Shown here one piece after another: positions 17,547 through 26,968 of a stretch of DNA of 64,000 nucleotides. The position numbers and the translations under genes were made by a program. The notes beneath the pieces were generated by a model. That model saw only the letters and a list, made by a program, of their open reading frames with translations. It was not told the origin of the DNA and ran no database searches. The stretch comes from Marispirochaeta sp. Lineage in GTDB: Bacteria > Spirochaetota > Spirochaetia > JC444 > Marispirochaetaceae. Within the stretch, counting starts at the first letter, position 1. Every line of letters starts with the position of its first letter. The DNA is taken from positions 64,001 to 128,000 of the forward strand of contig CAXXFF010000004.1 in the NCBI GenBank assembly GCA_963676835.2, in the 5' to 3' direction.

Positions 17547-17552
17547 AGAAAA

Positions 17553-17582
17553 ACTCTAACATTGGTCCGACCAATCTGTCAA
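17553..17582 (-). promoter_or_regulatory. sigma70 promoter containing a FadR/GntR-type operator
   Basis: TTGACA-18 nt-TAGAGT with extended TGn; the spacer contains the perfect palindrome ATTGGTC-C-GACCAAT (17561-17575). Confidence 0.75.
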
Positions 17583-17695
17583 GTTTTATTTTACCGAGAA
17601 TGTCATAATCTACCCTTGACCTTTTACTGCCACTCGGGGTAGGAGTGTACTTATACAGTCCTACTAAGCTAAATCCCCTTACCAAGGAAAATATA

Positions 17696-19333
17696 ATGAT
17701 CAGTGCCAGTGATATAAGCCTTGCCTTTGGCGAACGATTTCTTTTTAAAAGCGTAAATATCAAATTTACCCCGGGAAACTGTTACGGTGTAATCGGCGCC
17801 AACGGTGCAGGTAAATCAACCTTTCTGAAAATCCTTTCCGGAGAAATTTCCGCCGATTCCGGGGACATTATCACCTCTCCCGGCGAGCGGATCGCCGTAC
17901 TTCAGCAGGACCAGTTTGCCTTCGATGAGTTTCCTGTAATGGATACGGTTATCATGGGGCACAAAAAGCTCTATGAAATCATGGAAGAAAAGAACGCCAT
18001 CTATGCCAAGGAAGACTTCACCGAAGAAGACGGTATGCGTGCATCAGAACTGGAAGGTGAATTTGCCGAAATGGGCGGATGGGAAGCTGAATCGGAAGCA
18101 GCTCAGCTCCTGAGCGGCCTTGGAATATCCGAGGACCTGCACACCAAAGATATGAAAGACCTTGAAAGTGTACTCAAGGTGCGGGTACTGCTTGCACAGG
18201 CACTATTCGGCGATCCGGACATCCTCCTTTTGGATGAGCCCACCAACAACCTCGACCTGGAGTCAATTTCTTGGCTGGAAGAGTTTCTCTATAACTTCAA
18301 AAATACGGTTATCGTAGTATCCCACGATAGACACTTTCTTAATAAAGTCTGTACCCATATCGCTGATATCGACTACGGCAAGATCACCATGTTTGTAGGT
18401 AACTATGATTTCTGGTATATGGCCAGCCAGCTTGCCCGCAAGCAGATGCGGGATGAAAAGAAACGCAGGGAAGACAAAATCTCTGAATTGAAGGAATTTA
18501 TTCAGCGCTTTAGTTCAAATGCGTCCAAGGCGCGTCAGGCTACCAGCAGGAAGAAAGAGATCGACAAGCTGACCATAGATGATATTAAACCTTCCTCACG
18601 GCGGTTTCCCTGGGTAGGCTTTACCCCCCAGCGGGAGAGCGGAAAAAGCATACTCAATATAGACAGCCTGACAAAATCACTGGAAGGTGAAGATGTTCTG
18701 AAAGGCTTCAACCTGACCGTGGACAAGGGTGACAAAATTGCCTTTGTCGGTCCCTATCATCAGGCTAAAACCACCTTGTTTGAAATTTTAATGGGAAGAA
18801 TGGAGCCGGACAGCGGCGGTTTTGAACTTGGAGTTACCATAACCCCCGCCTATTTCCCCAAGGATAACAGTGAATACTTTACCCAGGATATTCCCATTGT
18901 GGATTGGCTGCGTCAGTATACCGATGCGGATGCGGAAGAATCCTATGTCCGGGGATTCCTGGGGCGGATGCTTTTTTCCGGAGAAGAATCCCTCAAATCT
19001 GTCAAAGTACTGTCGGGAGGGGAAAAGGTCCGCTGTATGCTCTCAAAGATGATGCTTTCCGAAGCGAACTTCATGATCTTTGATGAACCGACCAACCACC
19101 TGGATCTGGAATCCATCAACGCCCTTAATAACGGCCTTATTGATTATAAAGAAGCCCTTCTTTTTACCAGTCATGACCACCAGTTTGTCGATACCGTGGC
19201 AAACCGCATAATCGAGTTTACCCCCGGCGGCGTTATCGACCGGCGCATGAAGCTGGATGATTACCTGGCATCAGCAGATGTCCGCAGTCAGCGGGACGAT
19301 CTCTACCACGATCACCGCAACCTGGTTATCTGA
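17696..19333 (+). CDS. ABC-F family ATPase (YbiT-like)
   Basis: Two ABC domains (GANGAGKST; LSGGEK), LDEPTNNLD, SHDRHFL and FSSNASKARQATSR linker; no TM segments. Confidence 0.92.
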   Translation: MISASDISLAFGERFLFKSVNIKFTPGNCYGVIGANGAGKSTFLKILSGEISADSGDIITSPGERIAVLQQDQFAFDEFPVMDTVIMGHKKLYEIMEEKNAIYAKEDFTEEDGMRASELEGEFAEMGGWEAESEAAQLLSGLGISEDLHTKDMKDLESVLKVRVLLAQALFGDPDILLLDEPTNNLDLESISWLEEFLYNFKNTVIVVSHDRHFLNKVCTHIADIDYGKITMFVGNYDFWYMASQLARKQMRDEKKRREDKISELKEFIQRFSSNASKARQATSRKKEIDKLTIDDIKPSSRRFPWVGFTPQRESGKSILNIDSLTKSLEGEDVLKGFNLTVDKGDKIAFVGPYHQAKTTLFEILMGRMEPDSGGFELGVTITPAYFPKDNSEYFTQDIPIVDWLRQYTDADAEESYVRGFLGRMLFSGEESLKSVKVLSGGEKVRCMLSKMMLSEANFMIFDEPTNHLDLESINALNNGLIDYKEALLFTSHDHQFVDTVANRIIEFTPGGVIDRRMKLDDYLASADVRSQRDDLYHDHRNLVI

Positions 19334-20399
19334 TTTTTCGCACCGCAGAAAATGAAACAAGGATGTCCGGCCCTTCATGGGTCAGGGCATCCTCTTCAAA
19401 ATAACACTGAAACTCCCACGGTCCCCGGATATATCTGGCTCCCACAAGCAGAGAGGTAACGGGCAGCTCAAACTGATCTGCCCAGGTAAACAGGGAATGG
19501 TTCAATTCCGCATCAGAGCGAAGGGGAGATGAGTTGATCCTTGTCTGAAGAAAATAGCTCCAGAACCCTTCTGGTCTCCACTCAAAAGCTGCCATACTCT
19601 GACTTATGGGATAGGGATCAGCTTCCCCGGATGAAAACAGAAGCTCGCCGGGAATAACAAGCCCCTGCTGCAGGTGCAGTACAAAGCTTTTCCCCAGCGC
19701 CCTCTCCCAGAGAATCTGCAAACCTGTATCAATATACCCGTTTCCTGCGGGAGTCCCTTTACTGCCCGTAGGCAGTTCCAGAGCCCAGGCGAGAGCCAGG
19801 GCGGAATCACGGTTTTCGTAAAGCGTACGGATTCCGTAAACCTCGGTATCCCCCAAAAGAATTCCGGCGCCCTGCTGCTCTATCTGCACTCCATTACTGT
19901 TTTGGACTGAAATTGTTGCCCCCCCCTGGGGGAAGTACTCCCGGGAGGCATTAGGGAGGTGAAACAAGCTGTGAAATCCTTCTATGACCGGATCGAATAC
20001 TCCGCCATAGTAGCTGTACAGCCGAAAAGTCAGCCCCATACGGTGATGAGCACCGAACTGTCTGCTGATGCCTGCCTCAAGAACCAGGCTTTCATAATCC
20101 ATGGCGGTAAGCTCTTCCGCCCTGCTTTCGCTCAGGCGTCCGTCCGCATCGAGGGTTTCATAATCGGGGTTAAAGGTGTATCCACGAAACTCATTGCTGT
20201 AGTAACTGCGGCTTTCAAGAACAAGTCCTTCCCGGTTGCCTTCCCGGGCAGAAAACCCCGGAAAACAGTAGTAAGTCTGATGAACCGCATCCAGTAGTTT
20301 GCCTTTCAAAGGACCGGAAGAAACATCAGTATCGACAGCAAATACCGGCGAATATGCAAGCAGAAAACAGGGAAGAAGCAGCATTTTGGCAAAAGACAT
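19326..20399 (-). CDS. Secreted beta-barrel-like protein, DUF3187-like
   Basis: Signal peptide, GGVFDPVIEGFHSLFHLP motif, LELPTG and EDA..H..PD near the C-terminus. Confidence 0.55.
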   Translation of the reverse strand: MSFAKMLLLPCFLLAYSPVFAVDTDVSSGPLKGKLLDAVHQTYYCFPGFSAREGNREGLVLESRSYYSNEFRGYTFNPDYETLDADGRLSESRAEELTAMDYESLVLEAGISRQFGAHHRMGLTFRLYSYYGGVFDPVIEGFHSLFHLPNASREYFPQGGATISVQNSNGVQIEQQGAGILLGDTEVYGIRTLYENRDSALALAWALELPTGSKGTPAGNGYIDTGLQILWERALGKSFVLHLQQGLVIPGELLFSSGEADPYPISQSMAAFEWRPEGFWSYFLQTRINSSPLRSDAELNHSLFTWADQFELPVTSLLVGARYIRGPWEFQCYFEEDALTHEGPDILVSFSAVRKIR

Positions 20400-20441
20400 A
20401 ATACTGTAAGGATTACGTGTTAGCCCTGCCCTGTCAACCGA

Positions 20442-21524
20442 TCAGTAGAGAGTTCTGATCAGGCTTCTTACATCTTCTGCCTCTTCGGGTTTCTGCACTA
20501 CCGTCTGCAGAACAAGCCCGTCAGGCGAAAGCTCTTTAGCGGCCAGCCTGAAATCATCTGCGGTCAAAGGTCCACGGATATAGAGCAACCTTCCTGCATC
20601 CTGAATCCGCTTCAGGTAGGGCATCATCTGGGGAAGATCCATCTCGCAGATATCCTTGTTGATCTGAAAAATATCCAGATTTTTAATTTCGAGAAAACTT
20701 TCCAGAAGGAAAAGAGAAGCAGAATGAATGTGCATCATGCTGTAGGGATATGCATCTGCAATCTTGCTGTCATATGCAAGCACAATATCCCGGTACAGGT
20801 CCGGGGAATATACCGCAGTGGAATCTTCCTGCATACGCACCAATGGACCGGGGGCCCACATGTTGTACTGCTCTATATAGTAACCGCCGTGAAAATCACC
20901 GGCTGCCTCATGATGAAGTCCTACAACCCGTATGAGTGCATCTGCGCACAGCTCACAGGCTTTCCGGGAAAGCTCAGGCTCTGCCATACAATCCATCAGA
21001 CTCTCCGTATGTCCGCGGAGCATACCGAAAAGATCGGTAACACCTCTGAGTATGGGAAGCCCAACAGGAAAGCGCCCCCCTGCCTGAATAGAGAGTTCAC
21101 GAACAAAGGACAGATATGTTGTGAGCCAGATATTGCTTTTTTCAACTTTCAGCCGGTCAATATCCTCCCAGCTCAAACCTCGTTCATCTGCCCAGACACT
21201 ATCCCGGTTTCGGCGGAGGTTTGCCCCGAGAATCGCTTCCATCCAGGGAATAGCCGAGATAGGGCATACACCTTTGATGAGATCGTCTTCAGTCTCCAGA
21301 GAGCGTGAAAAGAAATCCTCATAATCATTGAGACACTCATCCGGATCAAGCATGGAGCTGGAGATATTCCCTCCGTCGGGTATTCCCGAAAGTGATGAAA
21401 AACGCTGAAAGGGAAACCAGCCGCCCACATCTACTCCAACAAGGGGCCGTACAGCTCTTTTTCGATTCCAGAAATCCATATATGCGGATAGTTTTTCTTC
21501 CAGGCGGTTGTCCTCAACAGGCAT
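20442..21524 (-). CDS. URO-D/MtaA-like (uroporphyrinogen decarboxylase superfamily) protein
   Basis: GVTDLFGMLRG, QEDSTAVYSPDLYRDIV and MHIHS motifs; ATG after AAGGAG. Confidence 0.7.
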   Translation of the reverse strand: MPVEDNRLEEKLSAYMDFWNRKRAVRPLVGVDVGGWFPFQRFSSLSGIPDGGNISSSMLDPDECLNDYEDFFSRSLETEDDLIKGVCPISAIPWMEAILGANLRRNRDSVWADERGLSWEDIDRLKVEKSNIWLTTYLSFVRELSIQAGGRFPVGLPILRGVTDLFGMLRGHTESLMDCMAEPELSRKACELCADALIRVVGLHHEAAGDFHGGYYIEQYNMWAPGPLVRMQEDSTAVYSPDLYRDIVLAYDSKIADAYPYSMMHIHSASLFLLESFLEIKNLDIFQINKDICEMDLPQMMPYLKRIQDAGRLLYIRGPLTADDFRLAAKELSPDGLVLQTVVQKPEEAEDVRSLIRTLY

Positions 21525-21560
21525 CCTCAACTCCTTTCGTGTCTGAAAACCGGAGAAAGC

Positions 21561-21595
21561 CCGTCTGCGGCTTAAAAGAACAGAGCCGCAGACGG
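21561..21595 (-). other. Intercistronic 12-bp hairpin between tctC and the URO-D-like gene
   Basis: CCGTCTGCGGCT ... AGCCGCAGACGG. Confidence 0.7.
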
Positions 21596-21616
21596 AGTAC
21601 TTACATTTTATCAGGA

Positions 21617-22615
21617 TTATTTAGCAGAGAGGATCATCTCTTTGTAGGAGTTGAACACATCTTCCTGCTTATTGATGTATTCCAGAGCCTTCTGGGGAGG
21701 CATATAGGTTGGATCTACAAGAAGTTTACCATTAGCTTCCTTAACATATTCGGGGTTGTTTACTACCCGTTCCAGGGCCTGGGTAAACTTGGTTACGATC
21801 GCCTGAGGAGTTCCCGGAGGAAAGGAGTAGAAGAAAAATTTACTGAAAGCAATATCGAATCCCTGCTCCATGAAGGTAGGTACATCGGGGAACTGAGGAT
21901 TACGATTCTCGGAAAGAACACCAAGAGCCTTAAACTGACCTTTGGCAATATAATCCTTCACGAGGCCGTACTGAGTACCGATTATGTCGATCTGTTTTCC
22001 CAGCAGGGCTGCTGTTTTCTTGGCGGCGCCGCCGATGTCAACAATGTTCAGCTCAATATCTGCAGCATCAGAATAGGCAAGCACCTGCAGATGGGTAAAC
22101 GCTCCGGCCTCGGTGGCAAACTTCAGGGATCTTGGATTAGCCTGGAGTATCTTCTGCACATCCTTCATATTGTTAAAGGGAGCTTCCGCATTGGCAACAA
22201 AAACATTGGTCTGGTCAAGAACAGCAAGACCTGCATTCTCAAAATCCCGGGCTGTGTAATCGACCATTCCCATCAGCTTATTGAGCAGCATTGATGGATG
22301 GAAAAAAAGTACTGTGTATCCGTCAGGAGCAGAATCCTTCACCTTTCTGGATCCGAGAGTTCCACCAGCTCCGCCGACGTTAACAACAACGACTGATGTA
22401 TCCAGCTCTTTTTCCAGATATTTTGCCAGAATACGGCTGTTACCATCAGTATCGCCGCCGGCGCCTGCAGGCACAATCACCTGGATTGGTTTTGAAGGAT
22501 AATTTGCAGCTGCATCTGCTGAAGCAGTCTGTCCACTATCCTGCTGTCCATTGGCAAACAGCCCGGATACAGCAATAAGTGCTACCATCATGACCAGAAT
22601 AAGAATTTTTTTCAT
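21617..22615 (-). CDS. tctC: Tripartite tricarboxylate transporter substrate-binding protein
   Basis: YPSKPIQVIVPAGAGGDTD, NVGGAGG, APDGYT and PDVPTFMEQG motifs. Confidence 0.93.
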   Translation of the reverse strand: MKKILILVMMVALIAVSGLFANGQQDSGQTASADAAANYPSKPIQVIVPAGAGGDTDGNSRILAKYLEKELDTSVVVVNVGGAGGTLGSRKVKDSAPDGYTVLFFHPSMLLNKLMGMVDYTARDFENAGLAVLDQTNVFVANAEAPFNNMKDVQKILQANPRSLKFATEAGAFTHLQVLAYSDAADIELNIVDIGGAAKKTAALLGKQIDIIGTQYGLVKDYIAKGQFKALGVLSENRNPQFPDVPTFMEQGFDIAFSKFFFYSFPPGTPQAIVTKFTQALERVVNNPEYVKEANGKLLVDPTYMPPQKALEYINKQEDVFNSYKEMILSAK

Positions 22616-22680
22616 TATTCTCCTCCTAATTTTTTACGGAATCCAGCAAATCGCTGAACTTTACCGCTATCCATGGATAA

Positions 22681-22696
22681 TGCAATAGTTGTGCCA
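22681..22696 (-). promoter_or_regulatory. sigma54 promoter of tctC and the URO-D-like gene
   Basis: Minus strand TGGCAC-AACTA-TTGCA, a consensus match. Confidence 0.88.
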
Positions 22697-22863
22697 TACT
22701 TAATCGAGCATCTTTTCAGGTGAAATAAATTACTGTGATAAAACAAAATACCTTTGAGCAGTTTAAATATCCCGGATTCACACCAGGAAGCATTTTGTTT
22801 CAATTCGTCTCATTGCTGAAACTAAAAGTTGTCCCCTGAATATCTCCATGATAGAATCAGATC

Positions 22864-24792
22864 ATGATCAAGCTGCTGTTTATCAGCCCCAACGAAAGTC
22901 TGGGGAGGAAATTCAGCCAGATATTCAACGAACACCATAGTACCGTGCAGCAGGCTGAGTACAACAGAGACAGTTTCGAACTGGAAGTAAAGGTTGTACG
23001 TCAAGTAGAAGAGATTGAAAACCTGGCGTTGAATGCCGATGTGGTTGTCTCCCGCGGATTCTTTACCCTTGTACTGCAGAGGAAGGAATATTTCATTCCT
23101 GTTGTTGACCTGCCTCTGGCTGCAGGTGACGTTGTCAGGAGTATCCAGAAGGCAATCAGCCTGTATAATCCGGAACGTATTGCAATTGTCGGGTCTGCAA
23201 ATATGGTGATGGGGGCCAACGGGCTGTCAGATATTTTCGGCCGGGAAATCCGGCAGTATATAATCCAGCAGCAGAATGAAATTATCGAAAGTATTAAACA
23301 GATAAAAGCAGATGGAATAGACACAGTAGTAGGCGGCACTTTGACCAACGAGTATGCCGCTGAATATGGTCTGAACTCGGTTACCCTGGACTCAGAAAGA
23401 GAGTCTATCTGGTACAGTATAACCCAGGCAAAAAGGCTTGCGTATATCTCACGCCAGGAACAGCTGAAAGGCCAGAATCTCCTGGCAGTATTCAACAGTG
23501 CCGTAGAGGGTATCATTACCATCGATAAAGATAACAGGATTGAGGTTCTCAACCTTGCCGCGGGCAGAATACTCAATCTGAGCCCCGCACTTACTGTCGG
23601 CCGATTGATAGACGAAGTTCTTACCGATCCGGGAATTAAAAACATTCTTTCAAAACCTGAAAATATTAAAAACGAACTGATAAAACATAATGAAAGCCCT
23701 ATTACCATCAGCAGTTCTCCCATAACTATCCGTGGAGAAGTCATAGGCAGATTGCTGATAGTCCAGGAAATAGCACAGATACAGGCACTTGAATCAAAAA
23801 TCCGAAAAAAGATTTATCAGCGAGGCCACATTGCCCACAACACATTCAGAAGCATCATCGGCAGCAGTACATTAATTCATTCCATTATAGAAAAAGCAAA
23901 GAAATACAGCCTGGTAGATTCCAATATCCTCATTGTTGGAGAAACCGGAACCGGGAAGGAACTTTTTGCCCAGAGCATACATAATCACAGCCCCAGAAAG
24001 CATGGGCCTTTTGTGGCCGTAAACTGCGCGGCCCTTCCGGAAAGCCTGCTGGAAAGCGAACTCTTCGGCTATGAAAAAGGTGCCTTCACCGGAGCATCGA
24101 AAGACGGGAAACCCGGCCTTTTCGAGCAGGCCCATCTGGGAACCCTCTTTCTGGATGAAATTTCAGAAATTCCTCATCCCCTGCAGGGCAGGCTGCTCAG
24201 GGCAATTCAGGAAAAAGAGATCCGCAGGCTCGGGGATGACCGGGTAATTCCGGTTGATGTCAGAATTATATCCGCATCCAACCGGGACCTTTACCAGCTT
24301 ACCGCCGAGCAGAGTTTCAGGGAAGACCTCTATTATCGGCTGGATATTCTGAAGCTCATGCTCCCAAGCCTGAGAGAAAGAAAAGACGACATCCAGGCCC
24401 TTCTCGAATTCTGGCTGAAAGAATATGGGCTTAAGTTTAAGAACATTCCCGTAACAATGACTCCTCAGGGGATCGAGCAACTCCGTCAATACAGCTGGCC
24501 GGGGAATATCCGTCAATTGAAAAATATTTGCGAACGGCTTGTTGTCCTCACAGACAGCAGTATTATCCGTGATTCAGAGGTTAATGAAATACTCGGCATG
24601 ATCCCGACCCGTGATATGGAGCGTTTTCAAGCCATACCTGCACCTGGCATTTCCATGATTGATATGCTTGAGAAAGAACAGATTTACACAGCCCTGGCTA
24701 AATGTTCCTTTAATAAACACAAAGCTGCAGAACACCTGGGGATAAGCCGCTCCACCCTCTGGAGAAAAATCAAGCGGCTGGAGGTTCTTTGA
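22864..24792 (+). CDS. PrpR-like sigma54-dependent activator (PrpR_N, PAS, AAA+, Fis HTH)
   Basis: DVVVSRG (PrpR_N), GETGTGKE, ESELFG, GAFTGA, WPGNIRQL and LGISRSTLWRK motifs. Confidence 0.92.
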   Translation: MIKLLFISPNESLGRKFSQIFNEHHSTVQQAEYNRDSFELEVKVVRQVEEIENLALNADVVVSRGFFTLVLQRKEYFIPVVDLPLAAGDVVRSIQKAISLYNPERIAIVGSANMVMGANGLSDIFGREIRQYIIQQQNEIIESIKQIKADGIDTVVGGTLTNEYAAEYGLNSVTLDSERESIWYSITQAKRLAYISRQEQLKGQNLLAVFNSAVEGIITIDKDNRIEVLNLAAGRILNLSPALTVGRLIDEVLTDPGIKNILSKPENIKNELIKHNESPITISSSPITIRGEVIGRLLIVQEIAQIQALESKIRKKIYQRGHIAHNTFRSIIGSSTLIHSIIEKAKKYSLVDSNILIVGETGTGKELFAQSIHNHSPRKHGPFVAVNCAALPESLLESELFGYEKGAFTGASKDGKPGLFEQAHLGTLFLDEISEIPHPLQGRLLRAIQEKEIRRLGDDRVIPVDVRIISASNRDLYQLTAEQSFREDLYYRLDILKLMLPSLRERKDDIQALLEFWLKEYGLKFKNIPVTMTPQGIEQLRQYSWPGNIRQLKNICERLVVLTDSSIIRDSEVNEILGMIPTRDMERFQAIPAPGISMIDMLEKEQIYTALAKCSFNKHKAAEHLGISRSTLWRKIKRLEVL

Positions 24793-24898
24793 AACAGAGT
24801 GACACAAATTGAAACGCTTTCGTCATATTTATATCGCACTGAAAAGTGGAATTCACATAATCTCTTTCCCTGAAACAAGTTAACACATAGCATCGATT

Positions 24899-24914
24899 TG
24901 GCATATTTATTGCT
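24899..24914 (+). promoter_or_regulatory. sigma54 promoter of tctB-tctA
   Basis: TGGCAT-ATTTA-TTGCT. Confidence 0.85.
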
Positions 24915-24943
24915 TCCAAGTAAGGTAATAGAACAAGGAGGAT

Positions 24944-25420
24944 ATGGTGACATATAAACGTGATCTGGCAAGCGGGGTAGGACTGCTTATTTTCTCGGTT
25001 CTGCTGTTTCTTGCAACTTTTACAATAAAAAAACTGTTTATTGTATCAAGAATCGGGGCAGCATTTGTTCCCCAGCTTGCAGCAGTAATACTTGCAGGTT
25101 TAAGCATTATGTTGATTGCTCAGTCGCTTCACAGGAAGAACCTGGCAGAAACAGATGACAATCCGACGGAGAAGGTGATAATCAATCGTTCGGTATGGCT
25201 CTCCATCGGACTGCTTGTCATCTATGGCGCCCTTCTCGGACCTCTGGGATTTATTCTGTCCACCATAGGCTATCTGTTCTGTCAGATTTTTATTCTCTTC
25301 GGCAACAGGAAAAAGCCCCTGGTTAAAATACTTCTGACCTCCGTGCTGGCATCTATAATTGTCTACCTTATTTTTGTGTATGCCTTCGAACTGATGCTGC
25401 CCGCAGGGCTTTTAGGATAG
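24944..25420 (+). CDS. tctB: Tripartite tricarboxylate transporter TctB
   Basis: GAAFVP, LGFILST and F...LPAG motifs; 4-5 TM segments. Confidence 0.88.
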   Translation: MVTYKRDLASGVGLLIFSVLLFLATFTIKKLFIVSRIGAAFVPQLAAVILAGLSIMLIAQSLHRKNLAETDDNPTEKVIINRSVWLSIGLLVIYGALLGPLGFILSTIGYLFCQIFILFGNRKKPLVKILLTSVLASIIVYLIFVYAFELMLPAGLLG

Positions 25421-25431
25421 GGAGGAGTTCA

Positions 25432-26922
25432 ATGTTTGAAATGTTCGGCATAGGATTTTCTGCAATTCTTGCTCCCGTACCTCTAATAATGATTTTTCTC
25501 GGAGTTGCCGTGGGTATTATCTTCGGGGCAATTCCGGGACTTACCGCCACCATGGGTGTCGCCTTGAGCCTTCCCATTACCTACAGCTTCTCTCCCATAG
25601 AAGGAATGGCCTTGCTGATCGGTATCTATATCGGAGGAGTTTCAGGAGGTCTGATATCGGCAATTCTTCTGAAAATACCCGGAACACCTGCATCTATAGC
25701 GACCACCTTCGACGGGCACCCCATGGCCGCAAATGGTCAGGCGGGAAAAGCCCTCGGTACAGGCCTGTTTTTCTCTTTTCTTGGAGGCTTGTTCAGTTTT
25801 CTCGTACTGTTTTTTATCAGCCCCCCACTTGCACGGCTGGCGCTGAGATTCGCACCCTTCGAGTACTTTGCCATAGCAATCTTTTCTCTCACCATGATTG
25901 CCTCAGTAAGTACAGGATCAACAATTAAGGGGCTTATCAGTGGTATCATAGGCGTGATCCTCTCCTGCGTTGGAACTGCTCCCATAGATGCGTATCCCCG
26001 TTTTACCTTCGGGTTCTATGAACTGGATGCCGGCTTCAGTCTTCTCCCTGCCCTGATCGGTCTTTTTGCCATTTCAGAAGTACTAAAGGCCGCCGAATCG
26101 GTGGAAGAGGTCCATGATGAGGATATCCAGAACTACAGCATAAAGGGACTGGGGTTCAGCCTGAAGGAGTTTAGGGAACAGATTGTAAACCTTATCCGAT
26201 CCAGTATGATTGGCACCGGTATCGGTATTTTGCCGGGAATAGGAGGCGGAACGTCTAATATCATTGCCTATCTTACGGCAAAACGAAGTTCCAAACATTC
26301 GGAGAAGTTCGGCACAGGCATAATGGACGGCATTGTAGCATCCGAGTCTGCCAACAATGCATCCGTTGGCGGAGCGCTTGTGCCTCTGCTTACCATGGGA
26401 ATCCCCGGGGACACGGTAACCGCCATGCTTCTGGGTGGGCTTATGCTGCATGGGATCATGCCCGGACCGCTCTTGTTTGAAAACTCCGGGGACCTGGTTT
26501 ATGCAATATTTGCTTCTCTAATAATCGCCAATTTCGCCATGCTTGGTATGGAATATTTCGGCATGAGGATATTTGTACGGCTGCTGAAAATACCCAAACG
26601 GTACCTCTTGCCGGTAATTATAGCACTCTGCGTTGTAGGTTCATTCGGCCTGAATAACCGGATTTTCGATGTATGGTCACTCTTTTTCTTCGGATTCCTT
26701 GGTTACAGCCTGGAAAAACGGGGGTTTCCCCTTCCTCCGATTATTCTCGGGTTTATTCTGGGGCCGATTGCAGAAGAAAACCTCCGCCGGGGACTTATGC
26801 TTTCCGACGGAACGTTTCTCCCCTTCCTGACACGGCCCATTTCTGCGGCGTTTCTGCTGATTGCGTTTGGATCGATTATTCTGAGCAGTATCAAAACGAA
26901 CAAGGAAAAAAAGAGAATATAA
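25432..26922 (+). CDS. tctA: Tripartite tricarboxylate transporter TctA
   Basis: GAIPGL, IPGTPAS...DGHPM, SESANNA and LTMGIPGD motifs. Confidence 0.95.
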   Translation: MFEMFGIGFSAILAPVPLIMIFLGVAVGIIFGAIPGLTATMGVALSLPITYSFSPIEGMALLIGIYIGGVSGGLISAILLKIPGTPASIATTFDGHPMAANGQAGKALGTGLFFSFLGGLFSFLVLFFISPPLARLALRFAPFEYFAIAIFSLTMIASVSTGSTIKGLISGIIGVILSCVGTAPIDAYPRFTFGFYELDAGFSLLPALIGLFAISEVLKAAESVEEVHDEDIQNYSIKGLGFSLKEFREQIVNLIRSSMIGTGIGILPGIGGGTSNIIAYLTAKRSSKHSEKFGTGIMDGIVASESANNASVGGALVPLLTMGIPGDTVTAMLLGGLMLHGIMPGPLLFENSGDLVYAIFASLIIANFAMLGMEYFGMRIFVRLLKIPKRYLLPVIIALCVVGSFGLNNRIFDVWSLFFFGFLGYSLEKRGFPLPPIILGFILGPIAEENLRRGLMLSDGTFLPFLTRPISAAFLLIAFGSIILSSIKTNKEKKRI

Positions 26923-26939
26923 CCTCAAAATTAATATCT

Positions 26940-26967
26940 CTCCCCGGCGTCACCGCCGGGGAGCTTT
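26940..26967. terminator. Hairpin terminator between convergent genes
   Basis: CTCCCCGGCG-TCAC-CGCCGGGGAG. Confidence 0.7.
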
Positions 26968-26968
26968 C

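Noticed and set aside
17443..17763. 106-aa minus-strand ORF across the candidate sRNA
   Set aside because: It starts antisense inside ABC-F, runs through the promoter and operator, and has no RBS or recognisable motif.
21392..22294. 300-aa plus-strand ORF
   Set aside because: Antisense to tctC, with no protein-like motifs.
22864..24792. Calling the activator prpR of propionate catabolism
   Set aside because: No methylcitrate-cycle genes are adjacent; only the domain architecture is shared.
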